A DNA stretch of 32,000 bases, taken from positions 8,610,001-8,642,000 of the forward strand of contig NZ_CP042911.1 of NCBI RefSeq assembly GCF_008065095.1, read 5' to 3'. Under the pieces are notes generated by a model, which was given only the letters and a program-made list of their open reading frames with translations, made no database searches and was not told where the DNA came from. Positions 1-8,660 of this stretch are shown piece by piece. Source of the stretch: Gemmata obscuriglobus. GTDB lineage: Bacteria; Planctomycetota; Planctomycetia; Gemmatales; Gemmataceae. Each line of letters starts with the position of its first letter. Within the stretch, counting starts at the first letter, position 1. Both the position numbers and the translations under genes were made by a program.

Positions 1-999
1 GCCGATGAGTACGCGGCGCTGGTCGCGTTTCAGCCCGGGACCGACGGAAAACTGGAACTGCTGCGCCGGGCCTCGGAACTGTACCGCCGCGCCAACGACC
101 CGGGGGCGGCCGTGCAGCGGTTGCAGGAGGCGGTGAAGCTCCCGAACATCCCCGCGCAACTCATCGGCTCGGTGTGGCTGGAGCTGGCCGACGCGATGCT
201 CGCCGCGAAGCAGACCGACGGGGTGTGGCGCGTGTTCAACGAGGTGATGGCCACCGAAGGGTACGCGTCCACCGCCACGCGGTACCGGCTGGCACGCCAG
301 TTCGTGGACTCGCGACACGCGGGGCTGGTGCCCATGGGGCGGGCGCTGTTCGAGCAGATCGCGAAACAGCAAAACGTTTCGCCGGCCGAGCGCGAGTACC
401 ACGAGCGGGCGCTCACCGAACTGGCGAACGACTTGATTCAGCAGGGCAACTTCAACGACGCCGAAGCGCGCGTGCGGACGCAACTGAGCATCTACCCGAA
501 CGGCCCCGAGGCGCCGCTCGCGCGGTTGCTCCTGGGCGTGTGCCTGCTGTGGAAGGCCGATGCACCGGGCACGGAGCCCGCGGACGCGGCGAAGTGGCGC
601 GAGGAGGCGGTGGCCGCGTTCAAACAGATCGTGGCGGATTGTAACCGGATCGAGCAGCGGAACACAAAGCTCAAGGATGGCGAGCAGTGGCTGCGGCTCC
701 AGGCCTCGCTCCGAATCCTGAAGGCGTACCAGCAGATGGGCAAGTCGAACGATCTGCTGGGCGAGGCCAGCCGGTTGCTGGATCAACACAAGGGCACGGT
801 CGACGAGCTTATCATCTTGAGCCTGATGTACCACGCGTTCAAGCAGAACAACGACCCGGTGAGCATGGCGGCGATTCGGGATCGGATGAAGGAGGCGTTC
901 GACAAGTTGCCGCCGTCGGCGTTCCCGCAGACCGGTGAGGAAAAAGAGTACAGCCGAGGATACTGGCTGACGAAGTGGTTCGCCCCGGAACCGAAGTAG
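1..999 (+). CDS. TPR-like repeat protein, C-terminal part (5' end outside window)
   Basis: Frame 1 is open from base 1, so the ORF-track start at 112 is internal. Helical-repeat-like composition (LARLLLGVCLLWKAD, AVAAFKQIVADC). Stop TAG at 997-999. GC3-rich coding pattern. Confidence 0.6.
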   Translation, partial: ADEYAALVAFQPGTDGKLELLRRASELYRRANDPGAAVQRLQEAVKLPNIPAQLIGSVWLELADAMLAAKQTDGVWRVFNEVMATEGYASTATRYRLARQFVDSRHAGLVPMGRALFEQIAKQQNVSPAEREYHERALTELANDLIQQGNFNDAEARVRTQLSIYPNGPEAPLARLLLGVCLLWKADAPGTEPADAAKWREEAVAAFKQIVADCNRIEQRNTKLKDGEQWLRLQASLRILKAYQQMGKSNDLLGEASRLLDQHKGTVDELIILSLMYHAFKQNNDPVSMAAIRDRMKEAFDKLPPSAFPQTGEEKEYSRGYWLTKWFAPEPK

Positions 1000-1093
1000 T
1001 GTTCGGTCCGGGCGTGCGAAACGGCAGGGGGGTGAAGCTGTTCCGGCTTCGCCCCCCTGCCGTTTTCGCACGCCCGGACCGAACACTACTTCG
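992..1093. terminator. 102-bp near-perfect palindrome; bidirectional terminator hairpin between convergent genes
   Basis: Hand pairing of 992 cgaagtagtgttcggtccgggcgtgcgaaacggcagggggg... with ...cccccctgccgttttcgcacgcccggaccgaacactacttcg 1093. About 45 bp pair, with one bulged T (1063) and one or two G.U pairs. The small loop lies near 1039-1045. Confidence 0.75.
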
Positions 1094-2387
1094 CCAGGTA
1101 GATCACGACCGCAACCGCGAGCCACACGAGCCCGAAAAGCACCCCCGCGATCATCCCCGTGATCGCGAGCCGTGCGGTGCGTTGCGCCCGCGCCAGCGCT
1201 TCGGCCGCCGCCGCCGCTTCGCGGATCGGCCCCACATCGAGCCCGCCGGTGCTTTCCTGCACCGCCGCCGCCGCCAGCGGGGGCAGCTTTCCGGACGGCT
1301 GCCCGTGCCGGTCCGGGACGTTCACGAACGGCAGCAGCGCCTGCACCGCCACGCCGGCGGTCGGGTAACGGTCCCCCGGCTCCTTGGCGAGCATGACTTC
1401 GACGACGTCGGACAGCGCTTCGGGGATCTCGTCGCGCAGCTCGCGTGGCGGGACCACCGGTGTGAGCTGGTGCGCGATCATCTTCGCCGCGGTCGTCCCG
1501 GCGAACGGCGGGCGGCCGGTCAGCAAGTGATAGAGGGTGGCGCCGAGGTTGTAGATGTCGGCCCGATGATCCGCGCTCTCGCAATTGCGGAGCTGCTCGG
1601 GGGCCGCGTAGTCCGTGGTCGCCAGTAGCCCGCTGTTGCGGGCAAGTTTCGTTCCCGATTCCTCGAAGAACTCCGCGAGGCCGAGGTCCAGCACCTTCAC
1701 GATGCCGTCGCCCCCGACGAGCAGGTTCGCGGGCTTGATATCCCGGTGGGCGACGCCCTTGTCGTGCGCGTGCTGGAGCCCGGCCGCGGCCTGCACGGCG
1801 TAACTGACCGCCTCGCCGACGGGCAACCGCCCCCGCGCGGTGAGGGTGCGGTCGAGGGTCTCGCCGTCAATGTACTCGAGTACGAGGAAATGGGTGCCCT
1901 TGTCGCAGGCGACGTCGTAGGCGTGAACGATGTTGGGGTGGTCGAGGGTCGCGGCGGCGCGGGCCTCACGGTAGAACCGCTCCACGTTGACGGGGTCGAG
2001 GGCCTGACGCCCCGGCAGCACCTTGAGCGCGACCTTGCGGCGGAGGGCGGCGTGTTCGGCGAGGAACACGGTTCCCATGCCGCCGGCGCCGATCTGGTTC
2101 AGGATGCGGTACGGCCCCAGCCGGAAGCCCTTGTGCTTACCCTGGAGGATGAGCTTCGCCTGGAACGGGGTGAGGATGCCCGCCTGTACCAGTCGCGTCG
2201 CGGTGTCGGACGCGGTCGGGGGGAGCGGCCCGGACCGGCTGACGAACCCGCTGAGTGCGTCGTCGTCCGTGATCTCGGCGCGCCGCACGAGTTCGAGGAC
2301 GGCGTCACCGGTGCGAGGTGGTTCGGGCATTCGGTGTGACCCTGAAGGCAGTGGGCGCGCTGCGAATCGCGAGCCCGGCGGAGACAT
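1086..2387 (-). CDS. Hanks-type Ser/Thr protein kinase with C-terminal transmembrane anchor
   Basis: Gly-loop GAGGMGTVFLA, VALKVL lysine, catalytic HRDIKPANLL, DLGLA (DFG variant), APE. Hydrophobic C-terminus ITGMIAGVLFGLVWLAVAVVIYLAK. An alternative ATG at 2330 (MPEPPRTGD) would shorten the N-terminus. Confidence 0.9.
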   Translation of the reverse strand: MSPPGSRFAARPLPSGSHRMPEPPRTGDAVLELVRRAEITDDDALSGFVSRSGPLPPTASDTATRLVQAGILTPFQAKLILQGKHKGFRLGPYRILNQIGAGGMGTVFLAEHAALRRKVALKVLPGRQALDPVNVERFYREARAAATLDHPNIVHAYDVACDKGTHFLVLEYIDGETLDRTLTARGRLPVGEAVSYAVQAAAGLQHAHDKGVAHRDIKPANLLVGGDGIVKVLDLGLAEFFEESGTKLARNSGLLATTDYAAPEQLRNCESADHRADIYNLGATLYHLLTGRPPFAGTTAAKMIAHQLTPVVPPRELRDEIPEALSDVVEVMLAKEPGDRYPTAGVAVQALLPFVNVPDRHGQPSGKLPPLAAAAVQESTGGLDVGPIREAAAAAEALARAQRTARLAITGMIAGVLFGLVWLAVAVVIYLAK

Positions 2388-2934
2388 GGCGATCCCGGGC
2401 GCGGGCCGACCAAACCCGCGGAGATTTTAATTGCCTAGCGAACGGATGGAAAGTGAAACCCACACTAAAAGTCAGCATGCCAGAACGCCGGCGCGAAGTC
2501 AAACGTTTGCCAAAGGAATGTCCCGGCCAACTCGACACCCCCGTGGCGTCGCGGTAAAGTGAATGCCGTCGCGCCCCCGAATTCTTTCAGCACCCGCACG
2601 AATATGGCTCGGCAGAAAGCACCTCTCCGAAGCCACCGACCAACGGTGCCCCGTCGTCTGGAGCCGATCCGGAGTGCCTGCCGGCACGCTTCCCGTCGCT
2701 AACTGTGGAGAACGTGCGCTGTTTCGGCCCGAAGCACACTCTTGACCTGTCAGATGGGAACGGCAAGTTTGGAATTCTTGCGGCACGTGGTACGTCACGC
2801 GGGATCGCGGTTGTGTGTGATTCGGGACGGCTCGCCGATGAATCGGCGTGCGCTCGTGATGGACTTCTTGCACAGCCCGAGGGTCGAGTGATCGAGGTCG
2901 AACGGTCGCCGGGGGCAGCTCCGGATCTCAACCC

Positions 2935-3377
2935 GTGGGACACTGGTGGGTGGGACCACCTCAAGCATGCGGAGTTCCGCGAACCCCTCATCATTTCAGA
3001 CCTGGCCCCGCGGCTCTACCGCTACTTCGGTGCAGCCCGGATCGCCGGATCGCCGCTCATTGCGGTCGGCGGGGGCGTCGATCACATCCACCTGCTCGTG
3101 TCGCTCGGTCGATGCGGGGGGCGGGTGCGTTGCTGATTTGGTCCTCGACCTGAAGGCGGCCCCGTCCGCGTGGGTTCATGAGACGTTCCCCGCGGTGCGG
3201 TTCGCGTGGCAGGCCGGGTACGGGGCGTTCGCGGTCAGCAAGTCGAACGTCGAGGCGGTGCGGGCCTACATCGGACGCCAGGAGGAGCACCACCGCAAGC
3301 AAAACTACCAGGACGAGTACCGCGAGTTCCTGACCCGGCACGAACAGGAATGGGACGAACGATATGTGTGGGATTGA
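2935..3377 (+). pseudogene. IS200/IS605-type Y1 (HUH) transposase-like gene, frameshifted and N-terminally decayed
   Basis: The HUH motif region (GGGVDHIHLLVSL) lies in the frame of ORF 2705-3136. The catalytic-Tyr half (WQAGYGAFAVSKSNVEAVRAYIGRQEEHHRKQ...YVWD) lies in the frame of ORF 2946-3377. The frame switch is near the G-run at about 3105-3130. No credible start codon, and the usual HLVxSTK N-terminal motif is degenerate. Confidence 0.75.
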
Positions 3378-3409
3378 GGCGAGCAAGATGAGTCATCCGG
3401 GGTGACGCG

Positions 3410-3655
3410 ATGACGGAAGCCGAGTGGCTGGCGTGTGAAGACCCTCGCTTCATGCTGCACGGGGCGATGTCCGAAGTCGTGACCGGACGGAAAATCCGAT
3501 TGTTCGGATGTGCGGCCTGTCGCCGGCTTTGGGACGAGATCGAAGACCGGCGGTGCCGCGAAGCGATCGAGGCGTCTGAACGGTACGCCGATGATTCGCT
3601 GCCGGAACGCGAACTCGATCGGCTCTCGGCCGCGGCCGAAGAAGCGTTCGAATAA
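3410..3655 (+). CDS. hypothetical protein; N-terminal half of a conserved Cys-rich family (EAEWLAC...RKxRLFxCAACRR)
   Basis: ATG at 3410. From memory, the motif MTEAEWLACEDPRFML...RKIRLFGCAACRRLW resembles a family common in planctomycetes and myxobacteria. Ends at TAA 3653-3655, in frame with the next ORF. Confidence 0.55.
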   Translation: MTEAEWLACEDPRFMLHGAMSEVVTGRKIRLFGCAACRRLWDEIEDRRCREAIEASERYADDSLPERELDRLSAAAEEAFE

Positions 3656-3733
3656 GCGTTCGAAGAAGCGGTTGCGGAACGCGACGACCGGCTGATCCAT
3701 CTGGCTGGAGCGTCATCGGATGTCTCAAACCCC

Positions 3734-4072
3734 TTGATGACGCTGACCCAAATCGTCGGGGCGGTCGACGCGCTTTCTCAGGCCTCTTGGAGCGGTCCGC
3801 TCGAGGAGCGGCGCGCCCAGGTCGGTTTGCTGCGCGACATCTTCGGTGACCTGTTCAACCCGGCTGCGCTCTCCCCGGAATGGATCACCGACACCGCGGT
3901 GGCCCTATCGCGCGAGATGTACCACTCACGCGACTTCAGCGCGATGCCGATTCTTGCCGACGCCCTTCAAGACGCCGGGTGCGACAGCAAGATCGTTCTT
4001 GCGCACTGCCGCGGGCCGGGGCCGCACGTCCGCGGGTGCTGGGTGGTAGACTTGGTACTGGGCAAAAGTTAA
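3734..4072 (+). CDS. hypothetical protein; C-terminal half of the same family (ILADALQDAGC...HCRGPGPHVRGCWVVDLVLGK)
   Basis: Same reading frame as 3410-3655, with no other stop between 3656 and 3733. The C-terminal motif PILADALQDAGCD...HVRGCWVVDLVLGK is characteristic of the family. Confidence 0.55.
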   Translation: MMTLTQIVGAVDALSQASWSGPLEERRAQVGLLRDIFGDLFNPAALSPEWITDTAVALSREMYHSRDFSAMPILADALQDAGCDSKIVLAHCRGPGPHVRGCWVVDLVLGKS

Positions 4073-4667
4073 CCCGAGTCGATACACCCAGGCACGTGAC
4101 GTGCCGCCCGCGGTGCCATCTGCCGAATGGGGCAGCGCGTCGCGGCAACGGCGGTATCAGCATCCGGTGCATGAAGCGGTTTGATGTGGGGGCGCGACCG
4201 GTCGCAACCGCGCCCTTCGACAACCCGAATGCCCGATGATTTCGGCGGAGCTTGTGCGATGAGCGGCTCAATTCACCGGGGAAGTAGCGGAGTATACGGC
4301 GTGTCACCGCCCGCAAGTAACGGGGGCACTGATGGGACGCCGACGGGACATTCGCTGCCGGTGGGCGGGTCGCGGACTGGCAATTCGCTGGTTGGTTGCT
4401 ACCACGAATTCCACGCTTCAACGCTCGGAACGCGGCCCCAGCATTAATCAGGAAATGAGATGCAACACGTTGCCGTGTTTAGCTTTGCATTCGCCGCTTT
4501 GCGGGCGAATTGATATTTCCCGCGCTCGAATCCGAGCTTCGGCTCGGAACCGTGAGGGACAAAAGAGCGGGAATGACCGACTTGCGACGACGTGGGCCGG
4601 TGCTCGGTGGTGGCCGGCGCGCCTGTTGCGGTTCACCAACTGGCCGCGCCGAACTTGAGGTCCGCTC

Positions 4668-5108
4668 ATGCCCGATGATGTGTTCACCCTGCGTTCGCCG
4701 ATGCCCGTGTCGGCCGACGAACTGTACGCCTGGCACGCCCGCCCGCTCGCGTTCCGGCGGCGCGCGCCGCCCTGGGAGGATACCCGGGTCGTGAAGCAAG
4801 AGGGGGCGTTCGGTGCGGACGGGTTCCGCGTCACCCTCCGCACCAACGTCGTTGGTCCGGTCAGTGGAACGTGGCTCGCCGAGTCCTACGACTTCCGCCC
4901 GGGGCTCGGGTTCCGGGACCGACAGATCGAGGGGCCGTTCGCGGCCTTCAACCACAACCATGACTTCATCCCGAACGGCCCGGACCGCTCGTTCCTCGAA
5001 GACCGCATCGAGTATCGCGTCCCCTTGGGTTGGCCCGGACGGGTACTCGGGAGCGGCATCGTCAAGCGGCGGCTCGCGCAGGTGTTCGCCGTGATGGGGC
5101 GGCACTAA
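4668..5108 (+). CDS. SRPBCC (polyketide cyclase/dehydrase-like) domain protein
   Basis: The pattern WHARPLAFRRRAPPWE...GPFAAFNHNHDF...IEYRVPLGWPG matches the SRPBCC domain often found fused N-terminally to TIGR01777-type epimerases (recalled consensus). Confidence 0.6.
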   Translation: MPDDVFTLRSPMPVSADELYAWHARPLAFRRRAPPWEDTRVVKQEGAFGADGFRVTLRTNVVGPVSGTWLAESYDFRPGLGFRDRQIEGPFAAFNHNHDFIPNGPDRSFLEDRIEYRVPLGWPGRVLGSGIVKRRLAQVFAVMGRH

Positions 5109-5156
5109 GGCCGACCGCGCCGAGTACGCGGCGATGGCTCGTGCGTTTCTCTCACC

Positions 5157-6713
5157 GTGATTCTCCCCGCCGGAGTCCGTGACGTGACCTCTCCCGTTTT
5201 GCTCAGCATCGACCAGGGGACCACCAGCTCGCGCGCCGTCGTGTACGACGCCTCAACGTTCACGGTTCTGGGGGCCGCGCAACAGGAGATCGAACAGCAC
5301 TACCCGCACGACGGCTGGGTCGAGCACGAACCCGAAGACATCTGGTATTCGGTCGCGCGGACCGTGCGTGAGGCGCTCGCGAAGGCCGGGCGCGATCCCA
5401 AGAGCGTCGCGGCGGTCGGCATCACCAACCAGCGCGAAACGGTCGTCGTGTGGGACCGCGCCACCGGCCGACCCGTACACCGGGCGATCGTGTGGCAGGA
5501 CCGCCGCACCACCGACTTCTGCCGCACCCGGGCGGCGGACCAGCCCGCGCTGACCGCCAAAACCGGCCTCGTCCTCGATCCCTATTTCTCCGGTACGAAA
5601 CTGCACTGGCTGTTCGCCCGCGATTCTGAACTCGCGGCGCGAGCCGCACGGGGCGAACTCGCGTGCGGAACCATCGACACGTTTCTGATCTGGCGGCTCA
5701 CCGCGGGAAGGGCTCACGCCACCGACGCCACCAACGCCAGCCGCACGCTGCTGTTCAACATCCACACCCTTCAGTGGGACGACGAACTGCTGAGCTACTT
5801 CGGCGTGCCGCGCGCCACGCTGCCGGACGTGAAGCCCAGCGTCGCAGAATTCGGCACCACGAAGGGACTCGACTTCCTGCCGGACGGGGTGCCGATTCGC
5901 GGCGTCGCGGGCGACCAGCAGGCCGCGCTCTTCGGGCAGGGGTGTTTCAGCCCGGGCGAGGCGAAATGCACGTACGGCACCGGCGCGTTCTACCTGCTTC
6001 ACACGGGTGACGTAGCCGTAGTGTCGCGGAGCAAGTTACTCACCACCGTTGCCGCGATGACCGATTCCCGCCCCAAGTACGCGCTCGAAGGCGCGGTGTT
6101 TATCGCCGGGGCGGCGGTACAGTGGCTCCGCGACGGGCTGCGGCTGTTCGCGTCGGCCGCGGACGTGGAGCGGCTCGCGCACGCCTCGAACCCGTCGGAG
6201 CCGGTGTCGTTCGTGCCGGGATTCGTCGGGCTGGGCGCGCCGCACTGGGTGCCCGAAGCGCGGGGCGTGATCTTCGGCCTTACACGGGCCACCACGGCCG
6301 CGGACCTGGGGCGGGCGGCGCTGGAAGGCGTGGCGTTTCAGGTCGCGGATCTGATCGAAGCCGCGGAACAAGACGCGCGGGGGGATCGTTCATTCCCCGG
6401 AGGGGAGCGCGCCGGGACCGGGCCGCTGCGCGTCGACGGCGGGATGGCGAACAACGACTGGTTCTTGCAGTTCCAAGCCGATGCGCTCGGCCGACCGGTC
6501 GCCCGCGCCTCCCAGAGCGAATCGACCGCGCTCGGGGCCGGGTTCCTTGCGGCCGTCGGCGCCGGCCTCGCCGACCAACCGGCTCTCGGGAAGCTGGTGT
6601 CGGGCGCAACACACTTCGAGCCGAAGTTGCCGGCCGCCGCACGCGCCGCCAAGCTCGCCGTGTGGCGCAAGGCCGTTCGCGCGGTGGTCGCGTTCTACGC
6701 GGGCGGGGCTTGA
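5157..6713 (+). CDS. glpK: glycerol kinase
   Basis: FGGY kinase motifs: SIDQGTTSSRAVVYD, ITNQRETVVVWD, AIVWQDRRT, GDQQAALFGQ. Length is about 510 aa. GTG start at 5157, or GTG at 5181. Confidence 0.93.
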   Translation: MILPAGVRDVTSPVLLSIDQGTTSSRAVVYDASTFTVLGAAQQEIEQHYPHDGWVEHEPEDIWYSVARTVREALAKAGRDPKSVAAVGITNQRETVVVWDRATGRPVHRAIVWQDRRTTDFCRTRAADQPALTAKTGLVLDPYFSGTKLHWLFARDSELAARAARGELACGTIDTFLIWRLTAGRAHATDATNASRTLLFNIHTLQWDDELLSYFGVPRATLPDVKPSVAEFGTTKGLDFLPDGVPIRGVAGDQQAALFGQGCFSPGEAKCTYGTGAFYLLHTGDVAVVSRSKLLTTVAAMTDSRPKYALEGAVFIAGAAVQWLRDGLRLFASAADVERLAHASNPSEPVSFVPGFVGLGAPHWVPEARGVIFGLTRATTAADLGRAALEGVAFQVADLIEAAEQDARGDRSFPGGERAGTGPLRVDGGMANNDWFLQFQADALGRPVARASQSESTALGAGFLAAVGAGLADQPALGKLVSGATHFEPKLPAAARAAKLAVWRKAVRAVVAFYAGGA

Positions 6714-6787
6714 TCGCCGCGGCCCGGAACCGTATCCGTTTGAGGGCGCGCGACCGGGCATAAAATGAACTGACCGAACACCCGAGG

Positions 6788-7678
<891 letters not shown>

Positions 7679-7680
7679 AA

Positions 7681-8601
7681 ATGCGGAACACGCTCTTCGC
7701 CGCGCTCGCTCTGGCCTTCAGCGCCGGAGCGAGCGCCGCGCAGCCGCCGAAATACGAGGCGTCCGTCCGCGCCGACCGGGACCGGATCAAGTTGTGGGAA
7801 CCGGTTCAGGTGACGTTAACGGTGGACGGCCCGGCCCCGATGCGCGCCGCCGTGGAACTGCCGAAGCAGTTGCTCACCGACGCCACCAACGGCGACTGGC
7901 GCATCCGCCCGAAGGGCGACGCCGAAGTGCTCCCGCTCCCGGACGGGCGCGAGCGGTGGAAGCAGACGTTCCGGCTCGACCCGCACGCGCCGGGAAAACC
8001 GCTCCGCGCGGAACTCGCGCCGGTCGGCGTGAACGGCAAGCCGCTCACCCAAACCCTCGCCGTTGAGGTGACGGTCGAGCGCACCGGCGGGGACGACACC
8101 CCGCTGCCCGAATCACTCCCGGTCACCACGATCGAAGAACTTCCGCCGCCGGCGGATACGCCCGCGGGGCGCTCGCCCGGCACGGTTCTGGTCGCCGCGG
8201 CCGTTGCGGCGGTCTGTGCGATGCTTCTCGTGTTCGTCTGGCGCCGCGTGCGGCGGCCGAAACCGGTCCCTCCCGGCGCGTGGGCACGGACCGCCCTCGC
8301 GGCACTGGAAGCCGAATACGTCGGCGGTCCGGACTTCGCCGAGCGGCTCGCGAGCGTCTTGCGGCGGTACGTGGAGCGCCGGTTCGCGATCCCGGCCACA
8401 CGCCTAACTACCGCCGAACTGTACGAAGCCATTACACTCGGCGGATGGCCCGTGGACGGCGCGCGGGTGCTGCGCGGGCTGCTCGACGAGTGCGACCTCG
8501 CGAAGTTCGCCGGCACGGCCCCTGATGTTGAGGGCTGCGCCACGCTGATCGGCGCCGCACGCGACTGGCTCGACCGCACCGACCCGGAGCCCGGTGCGTG
8601 A
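7681..8601 (+). CDS. membrane protein with signal peptide, BatD-like ectodomain, one TM helix and DUF4381-like C-terminal domain
   Basis: ATG at 7681 lies 2 nt after the DUF58 stop (TAG 7676-7678). Signal-like MRNTLFAALALAFSAGASAA. TM segment VLVAAAVAAVCAMLLVFVW followed by RRVRRPKP. The tail LRRYVERRFAIPATRLTTAELYEAI...CDLAKFAG resembles DUF4381. The longer ORF-track start at 7579 overlaps DUF58 and is Arg/Pro junk. Confidence 0.65.
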   Translation: MRNTLFAALALAFSAGASAAQPPKYEASVRADRDRIKLWEPVQVTLTVDGPAPMRAAVELPKQLLTDATNGDWRIRPKGDAEVLPLPDGRERWKQTFRLDPHAPGKPLRAELAPVGVNGKPLTQTLAVEVTVERTGGDDTPLPESLPVTTIEELPPPADTPAGRSPGTVLVAAAVAAVCAMLLVFVWRRVRRPKPVPPGAWARTALAALEAEYVGGPDFAERLASVLRRYVERRFAIPATRLTTAELYEAITLGGWPVDGARVLRGLLDECDLAKFAGTAPDVEGCATLIGAARDWLDRTDPEPGA

Positions 8602-8660
8602 ACCTGCACCGGCTCACGCGCCTCCTACCAATCTGACCCGCATCCCAACGGGCGCAACGA

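Noticed and set aside
2705-2770. Short stretch ENVRCFGPKHTLDLSDGNGKF resembling the N-terminus of AAA/OLD-type ATPases (NFRCF ... G.NG.GK)
   Set aside because: Only about 20 residues. The Walker A motif is not completed (GNGKF then unrelated sequence) and there is no continuation. At most it is a tiny gene remnant, too weak to call.
4520-4550. TCGAATCC string reminiscent of a tRNA T-loop
   Set aside because: The flanking bases do not form a T-stem (cgcgc vs cgagc). No acceptor or anticodon arms can be drawn, so it is not a tRNA.
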